From Eledone cirrhosa (taxonomy: Eukaryota), in assembly GCA_964016885.1 (NCBI GenBank), contig OZ024741.1, positions 65,534,001 to 65,598,000 of the forward strand: a DNA stretch of 64,000 nt, read 5' to 3'. A program made the translations under genes and the position numbers. Under the pieces are notes generated by a model. That model made no database searches. It was given only the letters and a program-made list of their open reading frames with translations, and was not told the origin of the DNA. Shown in pieces: positions 24,845 through 38,827 of this stretch; the stretch's first letter is position 1, and every line of letters starts with the position of its first letter.

Positions 24845-25072
24845 TGTCATTCATATATATATATATATCAACATCATTTAACGTTTAACATCCATTCATC
24901 CATGCTAGGATGGGTTAGATGGGTTGTTTCACTCACACTGAAGTGTTTCTGGCTTGGTTTCTTTGGCTGGAATGACAAATCTAACATCACAAAGAACCAG
25001 TCCTTATATTTGTTTCCAGTCAACACTAAGATGTCTAATATTTTATATACAAAAGTCTGTATTTATACTTAG

Positions 25073-25142
25073 CCAAAATCTTTTGAAAATATCAAGTATA
25101 AAAAGAAACTCTTTTTCAAGAACAGTCAGCCAAGTAAAGTAA
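25073..25142 (+). CDS. Possible terminal coding exon (QNLLKISSIKRNSFSRTVSQVK*)
   Basis: atttatacttag| acceptor, phase-compatible with 16139, and AATAAA just downstream. An alternative acceptor exists at 25019. Confidence 0.2.
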
Positions 25143-26249
25143 AAGTGATACTGAATAAATAAGTTAAATAATAACATTTTTAAAAAGCCAGTAGCCCAAA
25201 TATATAAAGAATAGTATTGTGCAATACCACTCTGACTTAGGTGTGGTCTGTCACCCTCACGCCTTCCCCCTTACTTTTGTTGTTTAATAATCCTTGTCCT
25301 TTCCCTTCTCTTCCTCTCATTTATAGTCTTTTGCAATGTTACTTTCTTTTTCTTTGATAGATTTCTATTGATTTGTTTATTTGGAATATGTTATATTCAT
25401 TATATATATATTACATAAATTGTGTTTATATATACCAAATGGAACAAATGTTAAAGTATGCTTTTAAAAAATCTAAAACGACAAAAATCCACTATATATA
25501 TCTCAACTCTAGGATTAATTCAAAGGACAAGCCATGTCATACTGACATGGACTGAGGATTATTAGATATGTGAAATATTCAGCTACTTAGATTATAATAT
25601 TATTTCTACTTTTGGCACAAGACCAGAAATTATCCCAGTGTATTACTGGTACATTATTTTATCGACCCTGTAAGGATGAAAGGCAAAGTTGACCATGGCA
25701 GGATTTGAACTCAGACTATAAAAGGCCGTAACTCTTTGCTGCAAAGCATGGCGGCCGACCCTCTACCGATACTGCCAATCCACCACTATCTAATTTAGAC
25801 ACAAGGCCAACAATTTTTTGGGGTAAGGGAAAAATCAATTAAATTGGCCCCTGTCCTTCACTGGTATTTTATTTTATTGGCTTCAGAAGGATGAAAGGAT
25901 TTGAGCAGAAGCAAATTCTGTAAAATATGTATTCCTCTGCTCTAACAACTCTGACAAACTACTTCCCTCACTTACACTATAATACAATGAAGAGGTTGTT
26001 CAAGTCATCTAACAACTGAATGATCATCGTTGAAACTGATGGAGACCCATTTATTGTTTTTATTTAAGTGTATGTGTATTGGTTGTGTGTGAATCTGCCT
26101 GTATATGTTTGTGAGAGAGAGAATGTGTGTGTATGTGTGTGTGTGTGCATGTAATATCTGTAGGTAAAAGAGTAGTTTGTGTATGTGTGTGTGTAACATA
26201 TGTAAGTAGAAGAGTAGGGGAAAGAAAATGTTGAGGTAATTTTGTGTGG

Positions 26250-26350
<101 letters not shown>

Positions 26351-26707
26351 GGTATATCGATGAATAAAAAAATAGAGATTTGATAGACAGACAGACAGAT
26401 AGAAAGTAAAAGCCAGATAAATAGATATCATGTATCTGATTGTGTTTGTGTGTTAAAAGAGAGAAATAAAAAAATTAAGGAGAAAGGGACAGAAGAAAGT
26501 TACTATATGATGTAAAGTGGCTATGTAGTGGAGTTTAGAGGAAGAAGTAAAGTTATAAGTATATTATTTACATCTAATAGTAATGAGATAATGTCACGCA
26601 TGATTGGAGGAAAACACAGGTGTCCATACAAGTGTGTCATAGGAAATAACAACAATAACTTATGTAAACTATCAGACCAATTTATTTTTAGCCTAAGTAT
26701 ATATATA

Positions 26708-26790
<83 letters not shown>

Positions 26791-26804
26791 CATCATTATT
26801 ATGA

Positions 26805-26997
26805 GCGGTGGATTGGCAGTACTGGTAGAGGGTCGGACGCCATGCTTTGCAGCATAGAGTTACGGCCCTTGCTATTCTGAGTTCAAATCCCGCCGAGGTT
26901 AACTTTGCCTTTCATTCTTATAGGGTCGATAAAATAAAGTACCAGTAATGCACTAGGTATTTGCTGGCCTTGTGCCAAAAGTAGAAACAATTATTAT
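26805..26997 (+). mobile_element. SINE family M
   Basis: Full copy. Confidence 0.85.
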
Positions 26998-27177
26998 ATG
27001 TTTACCTTCCATGCATGCATGGGTTGGATGGGCATTATGATTGACTGAGGAACCATGTCTTAATCTTACATTCCATATTTTGCATAGTTTCTATAAGTGG
27101 ATGCCCTTCCTAACACCAACCACTTAGTTGGTGTAGTAGGTACATTTTATTGTGGGGTCAGAACTATATATACATAT

Positions 27178-27505
27178 ATGGAGGCACATTGGCCTTGCAA
27201 TCGAAAGGTTGTGAGTTCAATTCTCAGACCGGGTGATGTGTTGTTTCCTTGAGCAAGACACTTTATTTCACATTGCCCCAGTTTACTCAGCTGTAGAAAT
27301 GAGATGATAGGGACTGGGGTCCCTATCATTCCACTGCAAAGTGGTCGTGGAGGTGCCACGGCAAAAAAGCACCCAGCACTCACTGTAAATGAGGTTGGTG
27401 TTAGGAAGGGCATCCAGCTGTAGAAATCAAGCCAGAATCAGTTCCCGTCCCACCCTTGCAAGCAGGGAAAAGCGGACGTAAAATGAAATGATGATGAAAT
27501 GATGA
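27178..27505 (+). mobile_element. SINE family T
   Basis: Matches 4145-4468. Confidence 0.85.
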
Positions 27506-27506
27506 T

Positions 27507-27708
27507 ATATAAGTGTGGGCTGAAAAGTTCATAGTCTGACTATAAAGGAGTAATACTAGAGCTGTGAAATCTTGCATACATTAATTTCAGTTCTTCTTAT
27601 AAATAACTGCATTGTCTCTTTCCAGGGATTATTTTGAAAAATAAACCTCATTTGGTCATTCCATGAGAGTATCTTGGTCAGCCTATGAACTTTTCAGCCG
27701 ATCCTCAT
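27507..27708. mobile_element. Tc1/mariner-like MITE
   Basis: TIRs ggctgaaaagttcatagtctgac / gtcagcctatgaacttttcagcc with TA flanks. Confidence 0.65.
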
Positions 27709-27740
27709 AGTATATTATATATATATATATATATATATAT

Positions 27741-27965
27741 GTGTAATTTACTACACAAAACGAAGGTTATAGAGAAAATTGAGGTTGGTAATGGCACATG
27801 GAATATATAAGAGACAGAATACTTTTTTGTGAAAAAACATATAATTTTATAAGGTAAGGAAATAAATACACTTTATTATTTCCTTACCTTATAAAATTAT
27901 ATGTTTTTTCACAAAAAAGTATTCTGTCTCTTATATATTCCATGTGCCATTACCAACCTCAATTT

Positions 27966-27970
<5 letters not shown>
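27741..27970. mobile_element. Fold-back element (arms 27771-27865 / 27876-27970, 30-bp tail) in a TA tract, probable PLE end
   Basis: Essentially perfect 95-bp inverted repeat with the same architecture as the HHR-bearing hairpins. Confidence 0.7.
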
Positions 27971-28057
<87 letters not shown>

Positions 28058-28062
<5 letters not shown>

Positions 28063-29057
28063 TTCAGAGAGCTTATACCACTATTAGCCGCTAGAGGGTT
28101 CTCCCTAAAAATGAAAGGCAGGTTATACGATGCCTGCATACGAACAGCAATGCTGCATGGCAGTGAGACCTGGGCATTGTGTGCAGAGGATATACGCAGA
28201 CTAGAGAGGAACGAAGCTTGCATGCTCCGCTGGATGTGCAATAGTAATATACGTGAACGGCAAAGCATAAACGAACTAAGGAAAAAATTAGAAATAAGAG
28301 GGATCAGATGTTGTTTACTCGAGAGAAGGCTACGTTGGTACGGTCACGTGATGCGCATGAAAGACGACAGCTGTATAACAAAGTGCAGGGCAATAAAGAT
28401 AGACGGTAGCCACGGAGTAGGCAGACCCAGAAAAACATGGGACGAGCTGATAAATTCCGACCTCACACGCTTACACCTCTCCAAGACAATGTCACTGGAC
28501 CGAGACCTTTGGCGGTACTCAGTAATAGAGAAGACCCGCCTTACCTAAATACAAAGTAAAAACCTACTACAGTCAGTAGGCATCTCTATCAAAACACACC
28601 CCCGTCCCACCACCTCCACCCCACCCACACCGCCCCTTTCAATGTAAAGTTATGTTGGTCCCACAACATCCAGGCCGAAACAAATGAGATCGTGTAGGTG
28701 TCACGACAAAAAAACACACAGTCCACGCTGTAAATGTGGCCGTGTAGGCAACACGGTAAAAACCTCCCAGCCCCACACTGTAAATGTGGTTGGTGTTAGG
28801 AAGGGCATCCAGCTGTAGAAAACCCGCCAGACAGTCCACGCTGTAATGTGGCCGTGTAGGCAACACGGTAAAAACCTCCCAGCCCCACACTGTAAATGTG
28901 GTTGGTGTTAGGAAGGGCATCCAACTGTAGAAAACCCGCCAGACAGTCCTATGCGAGCAAGACAACCACTCTTGCCTCAAGTGGGAAAACCCCCGTCCAA
29001 ACCCATGCAAGCGTGGAACACGGACGCTAAACCTGATGATGATGATGATGATGATGA
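28058..29057 (+). mobile_element. RTE family B 3' fragment
   Basis: 145-aa C-terminal ORF, 3' UTR with an internal ~110-bp duplication, and (GAT)n tail. Confidence 0.92.
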
Positions 29058-29077
29058 TATATATTATATATATATAT

Positions 29078-29111
<34 letters not shown>

Positions 29112-29133
29112 ATTATATTTATATATATTATAT

Positions 29134-29226
<93 letters not shown>

Positions 29227-29229
29227 ATA

Positions 29230-30023
29230 TAAGATCAAAAGATGGTTAAAAGAGTACCAAGTATTTTATTATGCGCATTTCAAAAACAAATATCACCATG
29301 AGATGATATCTGCGTTTTCATCAGATAAAATAGGGATACATGATATGAAGCTTAAAAAACACTTGTGAATAGTGAAGTTTTAAATCAACATATGAAAAAT
29401 AATTTAAGATTGATGTGTGATATTGGGAAAAAGTGAGGGGGGGGGGGGGGTAAGGGAGAAGAGGAGATGAGAGTAAAGAATGGTGGGGGAGGAGTATAAG
29501 AAGGAAGGATGAGAGAGGAGGAGAGATGGGTGATAGAGAGAGAGAGATAGCCTTTACAACTGAGAAAATATATATTGTCTCACAGAGAGAAGTTAAAAAG
29601 CCGTTGGAAGATAATAGATAATTTAAAAGAATTTGAAATTAAAAGTTGATGAAGAGAAAAAGGGGTTAAGAATAATATTAAATTAAGGTTTGTATATTGA
29701 AAGGTTTAATAATATGTGCGAGGAAAAGAAATTATTAATATGTATTATTAAAATAAAAATATTAATGTTATTAAGGATATAATGTGAAAAGAAGTAGAAG
29801 AATGGATGAGTTATGAATTTAGAGGAATTAGTTAGTGTTTAAGTTTGTTTTTATGTAATGTAATATGTGTGCGTAATATATGTACATAAATAGTTTGTTT
29901 AAAAATGAGCGCAGAAAGCATCTTTTGATCTTATATTATTTATACTCCAGTCCTACAAACTGTAGAGTGCTACTTATCCGATATTTGCATTGCTTTATTG
30001 TGCTACAATAAAACTCACCTCCT
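29230..30023 (-). mobile_element. PLE pLTR fragment with a short inverted end and tail
   Basis: HHR at 29262-29332 and inverted copy catcttttgatctt at 29919-29932. The tail is shared with 46251-46345. Confidence 0.75.
29262..29332 (-). ncRNA. Type I hammerhead ribozyme
   Basis: TATTTTAT-CTGATGA-stem II-GAAA-TGCGCA-TA|ATAAAATA. Confidence 0.88.
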
Positions 30024-30082
<59 letters not shown>

Positions 30083-30738
30083 GAAGTTATATTTAAATTG
30101 TTGGGATACAACAAGCAAATATTTTTATAACTGATATAAAGCACTCAACAAATTATTGGAGTAAAAATACGATATATTAACAAATGGAAACTATATTTAT
30201 AAAACCATATTTATTTCATTATACATATTTCAAGGACACCAAGTCAAATTATGATGCGCTTTCATATAGATCAGTTTTATAAATTTCGATATCACTATTG
30301 GATCATCTGATTCCGCTCAGGTAACGGATCTTGTGGGGCTTTTTATAAATAATTCTCTACATAGAAAAATACCTGAGATGACCGGAGGTTTATATCGCGA
30401 CGACATGCTATTACTTATCGAAAATAATAACTGTGAATTAAATAGGAAAAGAAAAGAAATTATACAATTTTTTTAATTACCTTAATCTAAAAGTAGAAAT
30501 TGAGAATAACCATAAAATAGTTAATTTTCTAGATGTAAACCTTAAACCTTAACACATGTCTTCATTATCCATTTCACAAACTAAACGAGAACTTAAACTA
30601 CGTTAATTTTAACTCTAATCACCCCAGATCCGTTAAAAATACTATAGTGAATTCTGTACAGCAACGCATTTCTAGAATTTCAGCTGATAGGAATATATTT
30701 GATGATAAAGGTTTGTATATTGAAAGGTTTAATAATAT

Positions 30739-31587
30739 GTGTTAGGTAGAGCTGGATATAGAAATAAAATTAAATACATTGATAATAATAATATAACAAC
30801 TAACCATAATCTTAACAATTTTAACAACTATAATAATTCGGAAAACAAAAAAAGAAATAGAACTAGGAATATATTATGGTTCGCTCCTCCTTTCTCATTA
30901 AATATTAAAACTCTTATTGCTAAACTATTCTTTAAAGCTCTTGACAAATGCTTCCATAGAACACATAGATATTACTCAATATTTAATAGACACACTATAA
31001 AATTAACTTATTCAACCACCAAATATTTAGCGCAGAATATTAATAGAATTAATAATAGAAACTTAAAACCTAACCAAAATACCACTAATAACCCAAGCAA
31101 TATCCAATTTAGTAATACAGCTCAATTTAATAATAGAGCTCCTAGTAACTTGAATTTTGATAAATGTAACTGTAGAAATAAATCTAACTGTCCGTTAAAT
31201 AACAATTGTTTAGCTAAAAATATAGTATATAATTGTAATGTAAAAACTAATTTAAATTCATTTAATTATGTAGGATTTACTTCCACAGATTTTAAATCTC
31301 GTTTTAATAACCATAAATGCTCTTTTACGCATTTAAACAAAAAATCTTCAACTTCTCTATTTAGCTTATTATGGGACCTTAAATCAAAGAACGTTAAATA
31401 TTCGTTACTTTGGAATATTATTTCAAAAGCTACTCCATTTAACTCCTTTTCCGAAAATTGCGATCTTTGTATAGAGAAAATATTCTTTATATTAAAAAGC
31501 AAAAATTCCCTGAACGTAAGAAGCAATCTTTTCAGTTGCTGCAAACATAGATTGAATTCAACGTTTAAATATAAATTTAAAATGTAA
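30739..31587 (+). pseudogene. PLE linker + GIY-YIG endonuclease domain
   Basis: LWFAPPFS; CNCRNKSNCPLNNNCL; NIVY..YVG..FKSRFNNH; CDLC; LNVR..CKH. Confidence 0.88.
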
Positions 31588-32700
31588 TATATAACTCATT
31601 CTATTAAATCTATTGAACCTATCGATAAATCATTAGATTCCTTCATTTGACTGCTTAAAACTCTCATTATAAAAAAATTTTCCTAGAAAATTTTTCTAGA
31701 TAAATATACTGAAAGCTCTTAAATGGGGGAAAATATTTTCTTTGAAAGTTTCTCCTATTTTTTGAAAGTTTCTCTCTTTTGAAAGTTTCTCTTTCTTTTT
31801 CTTTGAAAATTTCTCATATGGTTATAAAAAATTAAGTTAAACATACTGAGAGTTAAATATTATATAAAAAAAATTATATCTTAAAATATTTAAAAATATT
31901 TTTTAAAATTAAATTGCTTAAAATTGTATGAATATATTTCCAAATTGTAATTCCTTTTAAAACTATAATTCATTTTTATTTTATTTTATATTATGTACTT
32001 TATATTTATCTGTCTCTCTCTATATATATGTATGATGTATGTCTACCTGTATGTGTATATATATGTGTATGTATCTATGTAGGGGTTGTGTATATGTATG
32101 GGTACATGTGTCTATGTCTCTATATATATATACATACAATTCGAATGCACTCTGTTATAAAGGATTTCTTACGGTTTATGCTAAACAAACTTATATTATA
32201 ACAGTCACAACTACATAACAGGTGGATTTATGAGATATATAAAATTTATAAAATTATAACTTACTATTAAATAATATAAGGTTTTTATAATCTTAACTTT
32301 CCTTTATTATCTTAACATTTTTAACATTTAATTGTTTCTACTTTAGGCACAAGGCCAGCAATTACCCAGTGCATTACTGGTATTTATTTATCGACCCCGT
32401 AAGGATGAAAGGCAAAGTCAACCTCGGCGGGATTTGAACTCAGATCGTAAAGGGACGTAACTATGCTGGAAAGCATGGCGTCCGACCCTCTACCGATACT
32501 GCCAATCCACCACATAACATTTAATATAAGTAAATAACTTAATTTCCTTCACGCTGTATTGCTATTACATAGAAATTATTTTTCTCCGATTTTTTCTCCG
32601 ATTTCTCCGAAAAATCTATAAGTTTAGAAAAATTCCTATATCTTAAACATAAAAAATCTTTTATTGTATGTATATATATGTATGTGAGTATATATATATA

Positions 32701-34207
32701 CTATTTATTATTGCCCTTCAGGCTATAACAGAGGAGTTCAAGACCGGCTGCCCATGGGAACTCCTATACGCAGATGATCTAACGCTCATAGCTGAATCAA
32801 TGACCGAACTAGAGAAGAAATTCCAAACATGGAAGCACGGCCTAGAATCAAAAGGCCTTAAAATTAACCTGGCTAAGACTAAAGTTCTAGTTTGTAGGAA
32901 GGAAAATAAGGCGGCAGTCCCATCTGGGAAATGGCCATGCTCAGTGTGTAGGAAAGGCGTAGGTAGAAACTCCATTTTATGTCCCAAATGCAAAGTATGG
33001 GTGCATAAAAGATGTAGTGGGATCACAGGTAAGCTAACTAAGAACATAGATTTTACATGTGGCCGGTGCTCTGGTGCAATAAGTAGCAGCAAGTGCCCAC
33101 AGAATACTAGCTCATTCAACTGCGCAGAGGGTTCTATAGAAATAGTGGACAGCTTCCGTTACCTGGGTGACAAAATCAGCAGTGGGGAGGGTGCTCTGAA
33201 AGTACAGTAGCTAGAGTCAGAACTGGATGGAAAAAGTTCAGAGAGCTTATACCACTATTAGCCGCTAGAGGGTTCTCCCTAAAAATGAAAGGCAGGTTAT
33301 ACGATGCCTGCATACGAACAGCAATGCTGCATGGCAGTGAGACCTGGGCATTGTGTGCAGAGGATATACGCAGACTAGAGAGGAACGAAGCTTGCATGCT
33401 CCGCTGGATGTGCAATAGTAATATACGTGAACGGCAAAGCATAAACGAACTAAGGAAAAAATTAGAAATAAGAGGGATCAGATGTTGTTTACTCGAGAGA
33501 AGGCTACGTTGGTACGGTCACGTGATGCGCATGAAAGACGACAGCTGTATAACAAAGTGCAGGGCAATAAAGATAGACGGTAGCCACGGAGTAGGCAGAC
33601 CCAGAAAAACATGGGACGAGCTGATAAATTCCGACCTCACACGCTTACACCTCTCCAAGACAATGTCACTGGACCGAGACCTTTGGCGGTACTCAGTAAT
33701 AGAGAAGACCCGCCTTACCTAAATACAAAGTAAAAACCTACTACAGTCAGTAGGCATCTCTATCAAAACACCCCCCCGTCCCACCACCTCCACCCCACCC
33801 ACACCGCCCCTTTCAATGTAAAGTTATGTTGGTCCCACAACATCCAGGCCGAAACAAATGAGATCGTGTAGGTGTCACGATAAAAAAACACACAGTCCAC
33901 GCTGTAAATGTGGCCGTGTAGGCAACACGGTAAAAACCTCCCAGCCCCACACTGTAAATGTGGTTGGTGTTAGGAAGGGCATCCAGCTGTAGAAAACCCG
34001 CCAGACAGTCCACGCTGTAATGTGGCCGTGTAGGCAACACGGTAAAAACCTCCCAGCCCCACACTGTAAATGTGGTTGGTGTTAGGAAGGGCATCCAACT
34101 GTAGAAAACCCGCCAGACAGTCCTATGCGAGCAAGACAACCACTCTTGCCTCAAGTGGGAAAACCCCCGTCCAAACCCATGCAAGCGTGGAACACGGACG
34201 CTAAACC

Positions 34208-34237
<30 letters not shown>
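32701..34237 (+). mobile_element. RTE family B 3' half
   Basis: YADD-containing ORF plus a frameshifted C-terminus. The 3' ~1 kb is almost identical to 28058-29057. Confidence 0.92.
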
Positions 34238-34238
<1 letters not shown>

Positions 34239-34840
34239 ATGTGTGTGTGTGTGTGTGTGTGCGTATATATATGAATATATTCTTTTAATAATATATAGAT
34301 TTTTTATTAATATATAGTTTTTAATAATATATAGATTTTAATAATATATAGATCTCAATTTTAACGTATAGATCTCAATAATTGAATTGATAATTTAATT
34401 GATAAACTAAACATTTAATCATATTTAAACATTGGATAACATTCTCCAGTTAATATTATTTCACGCTTAATTACTCTTTCTAACTCATCCAATAAATATT
34501 TATTTTTTCACTTCATCTTAAAATTTACGCTAATACAACAACCTATCACTTAGAGCTTTCTCTTTCTCTTTCTCTTTCTTTTTTCTTCTCTTTCTCTTTC
34601 TCTTTCTCTTGTTTTCTTATTTTCCTCTTAGAGTTTGCTCTTTTTTCTCTTTTTTTTTCTTTTCCTTTTTCCATACTCCAACGGCTTATTTTAAATCTAC
34701 TGTGATCTAAACATATCCGACACTAATTTGCATAATAGACTAAATAAATCTAATAACCCCACTATCCGGGAGCTTCCAACAGAAATGGTCGCATTCTTTA
34801 AGGGTATGTCAATATTTATTTATAAAACTGATCTATATTA

Positions 34841-34905
34841 TATTTTATCTGATGAAAGCGCACCATAATTTGACTTGGTGTCCTTGAAATATGTATACTG
34901 AAATA
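34841..34905 (+). ncRNA. Type I hammerhead ribozyme in the 3' pLTR
   Basis: TATTTTAT-CTGATGA-stem II (CACCA/TGGTG)-GAAA-TATGTA-TA|CTGAAATA. The first pair of stem I is mismatched. Confidence 0.72.
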
Positions 34906-34975
34906 AATATGGTTTTATAAATATAGTTTCCATTTGTTAATATATCGTATATATATATATATTATATATATATAT

Positions 34976-35037
<62 letters not shown>

Positions 35038-35231
35038 GATAAATCTACCAAGAGTTTACGGTAGTGTCCAATCCGTATGAAGAACTCAATGTAATCCGGA
35101 TATCATGGAAAGAAGAGATGCAATGAAAAATCACTTTCGGTGAAAGATAAACGGAATACAGAGTCAAGATAAAATATTAAAAAAATAATGAATAAAACAA
35201 TGAAACAGTTCCTTATATTAAACAAAAAAAG

Positions 35232-35384
35232 TTCATTATTTAACGATCGTTTCTAGGATATATATGTGTTAGAATTGGTATGCATATTCAACAGATCTAT
35301 GTACAAAATTATACAAAATTATACAAACTATCAAAATTAATATACATACCAACACATATATATGCCGTCTTCAGAAATAATGAA
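35232..35384 (-). ncRNA. Type I hammerhead ribozyme with a long stem II
   Basis: Reverse complement of 44246-44389 with an extra 10-bp duplication. Confidence 0.78.
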
Positions 35385-35980
35385 ATATATTTATTGATAA
35401 TAACAACAATTCAAAATTACAGGTCTGTTTGGGAACAGAGTTCAAATTGACCAATGAAAACACAAAAAGTTTATACAGTTAGGTGTGTGTATATATGTAA
35501 GTAACTTCGTTCACAGATATGCATAAAAATATATGTTCACATGCATACGCATGCCGAAAAGATGTATGTAAATACAAAAATTCAAGGCTAATGTCTCTGT
35601 ATGTTTATAATCTACAGATAAAATACGTATACGCATATAAACATATAAATATAAAAATAAAAAAATAAATATATACACACATTCATATACTCACACATAT
35701 ACGTACATTCACACACACACGCGCGTATACGCATAAACATACACACAACCACGAACATACATACACACACACACCCCCACACACATATATGTGTATATAC
35801 TATTATCATAAGCATATGGACATTAATGCGCGCACATAAACACTGCCACACATATTTAGATCCAGATACAGAAAGTAGGTGGGGGGGGGGGGGAGAAGAG
35901 GTCAGTATTTAGCGGTGTCAGCAAACTGCCTATTTATAAATGTATCTATAAATTTAGAAATAAAAAGAAAAAGAAAAAAG

Positions 35981-36050
<70 letters not shown>

Positions 36051-36084
36051 AAGTAAAATATAAAATATACATCGATATACATAC

Positions 36085-36121
<37 letters not shown>

Positions 36122-36328
36122 TATACATACATATACATACACATATACATAAACACATACATACACATACATATACATACACACACCATATAAATACACA
36201 TACACATACACACACGCATACATATAGAGACACATACATATACACATATAAATACATAGACATATACACATATACACACATATATATATATAAACATACA
36301 CACATACATATATATATATACATTCACA

Positions 36329-36372
<44 letters not shown>

Positions 36373-36425
36373 CTACACACATATATAAACACACTCATGT
36401 ATATACACACATACACATACATACC

Positions 36426-36558
<133 letters not shown>

Positions 36559-36617
36559 ATACACACATATACACATACACATATACAAAGATATATATAC
36601 ATACACATACACATATA

Positions 36618-36664
<47 letters not shown>

Positions 36665-37095
36665 TATATACACATACATACACACACATACATACTCATA
36701 CATAGACATACATATATACTCACATACATACACACATACATATACGCATATATACAACTACATACACATCCATGTATGCGTATATACATACAAACACCAC
36801 CACACGCTCACACAACTCAGACATACATAAATAAAGGGATATACATACACATATATACATATATAAATAGAGATACATATAGACATATAAATATATACAC
36901 ACGTACACACACACACACACATACATACACATACATATACACACGCTCACACAACTCAGACATACATAAATAAAGGGATATACATACACATATATACATA
37001 TATAAATAGAGATACATATACACATATAAATATATACACACGTACACACACACACACACACATACATACACATACATACACACATACATATATAT

Positions 37096-37160
<65 letters not shown>

Positions 37161-37270
37161 TATATATATACATATATATAAAAAAATAAAGAAATAAAAG
37201 AAATAAATAAATTAATTAATTAATACACACAGTCAGACAAATATGCACACACATACATATACATATATAT

Positions 37271-37339
<69 letters not shown>

Positions 37340-37396
37340 CATATACATACATATATATATACACATACACACATCAACTACAAATATATATATATA

Positions 37397-37447
<51 letters not shown>

Positions 37448-37562
37448 TCACATATACATACGCCCATACGTACATATATACACATACACACATATACACA
37501 TAGACGTATACATGTGCATACATATACATACACACATATACCCACATAAATACATAGATACA

Positions 37563-37594
<32 letters not shown>

Positions 37595-38284
37595 CACATA
37601 TATATATATATATATACACACAATCATACACCCTTATTTACATGCGCACATATGTATTTTTATACTCACATACAAACACCCAAACATACATACCTACCTA
37701 CATATACATACATACATCCACGCTTACAAATACAAATAATAAAAGGGGGGGGGAGGGGATTATAGTAAATATAGGTTTCAAGAAACATAGAATATTAATC
37801 TGCATTTAGATCACAATATGTGTTTACATAGTAGTTTCAGTATTAGGAAATGTAAGAAAGAAGGCAAAATTATGCATTTTAATATAAGTAGACTATTAAT
37901 TATAGGTTAACTAAATTAAAGATAGTTAATATATTGATTTCTAAGGTGTATACTACTTAGGTTTATAATATTTGAAGCGGAATTTTGAAGTTAAATAGTA
38001 GTAGAGTATTAATTATAGTATAACTAAATTAAAATTATTAACGTTATGGTATCAATATTAGGAAATGAATTTAGTAATAGGGAAAAAAACAAATAAAGTA
38101 TTACATCGGTAGTAGAATATAAATTATAGGTTAACCAAATTAAAAATTATATATTAATTTCTATAGTATATGTTAATTTGGTTTATAATAATTAAAACAG
38201 ATATTGTATTTTATCTATAGTAGAATATAATTATAGGTAATCAGAAATTAAAATTAATACATACACATATATATATACATATAC

Positions 38285-38347
<63 letters not shown>

Positions 38348-38827
38348 TATACATACATATACATATTTTTTCAAAAATTGCAAAGAATATATTAACTAGG
38401 TATACATCCAAAACCTATCTCAGTCTATGATTACAAGACACTCTGCAATCCATCTGTATTAGGATATTAATTTTAAGCCAATTAAATTAAATTTTTAGGT
38501 TAAACAAATTTAAAACCAAATTATAAATATATTTCTAAAATGTACATTAATTAGGTCTATAATATTAAAAATTATTTCTCTGTCATTGAATACACGATAT
38601 TTTGTTATATTTTATCTGTAAAGGAATTTTAATAAAAGGTTAAATAAATTAAAATTAATCTATAAATTAATTTACGAAGTATATATTAGTAATATTTAAA
38701 AGTTTTTCACAATTTATGATTACACAATATTTTATAATCTCATCTGTAGTAGAATTTTAATTAAATTAAATTTATAGGTTAACTAACATTTAAATTAAAT
38801 TATATATTAATTTCTAAAATAATGTTA

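Larger units (their letters stand above)
30080..34950 (+). mobile_element. 5'-truncated PLE with an inverted pLTR at its 5' end; nested SINE (32332-32513) and RTE (32701-34237)
   Basis: RT remnants (GSSDSAQVTDLVGL, GLYRDD) from 30285 and GIY-YIG ORF at 30739-31587. 30168-30284 is the reverse complement of 34818-34950. Confidence 0.88.

Noticed and set aside
30211-30265. HHR in the inverted 5' pLTR
   Set aside because: A deletion removed CTG and one strand of stem I, so it cannot be functional.
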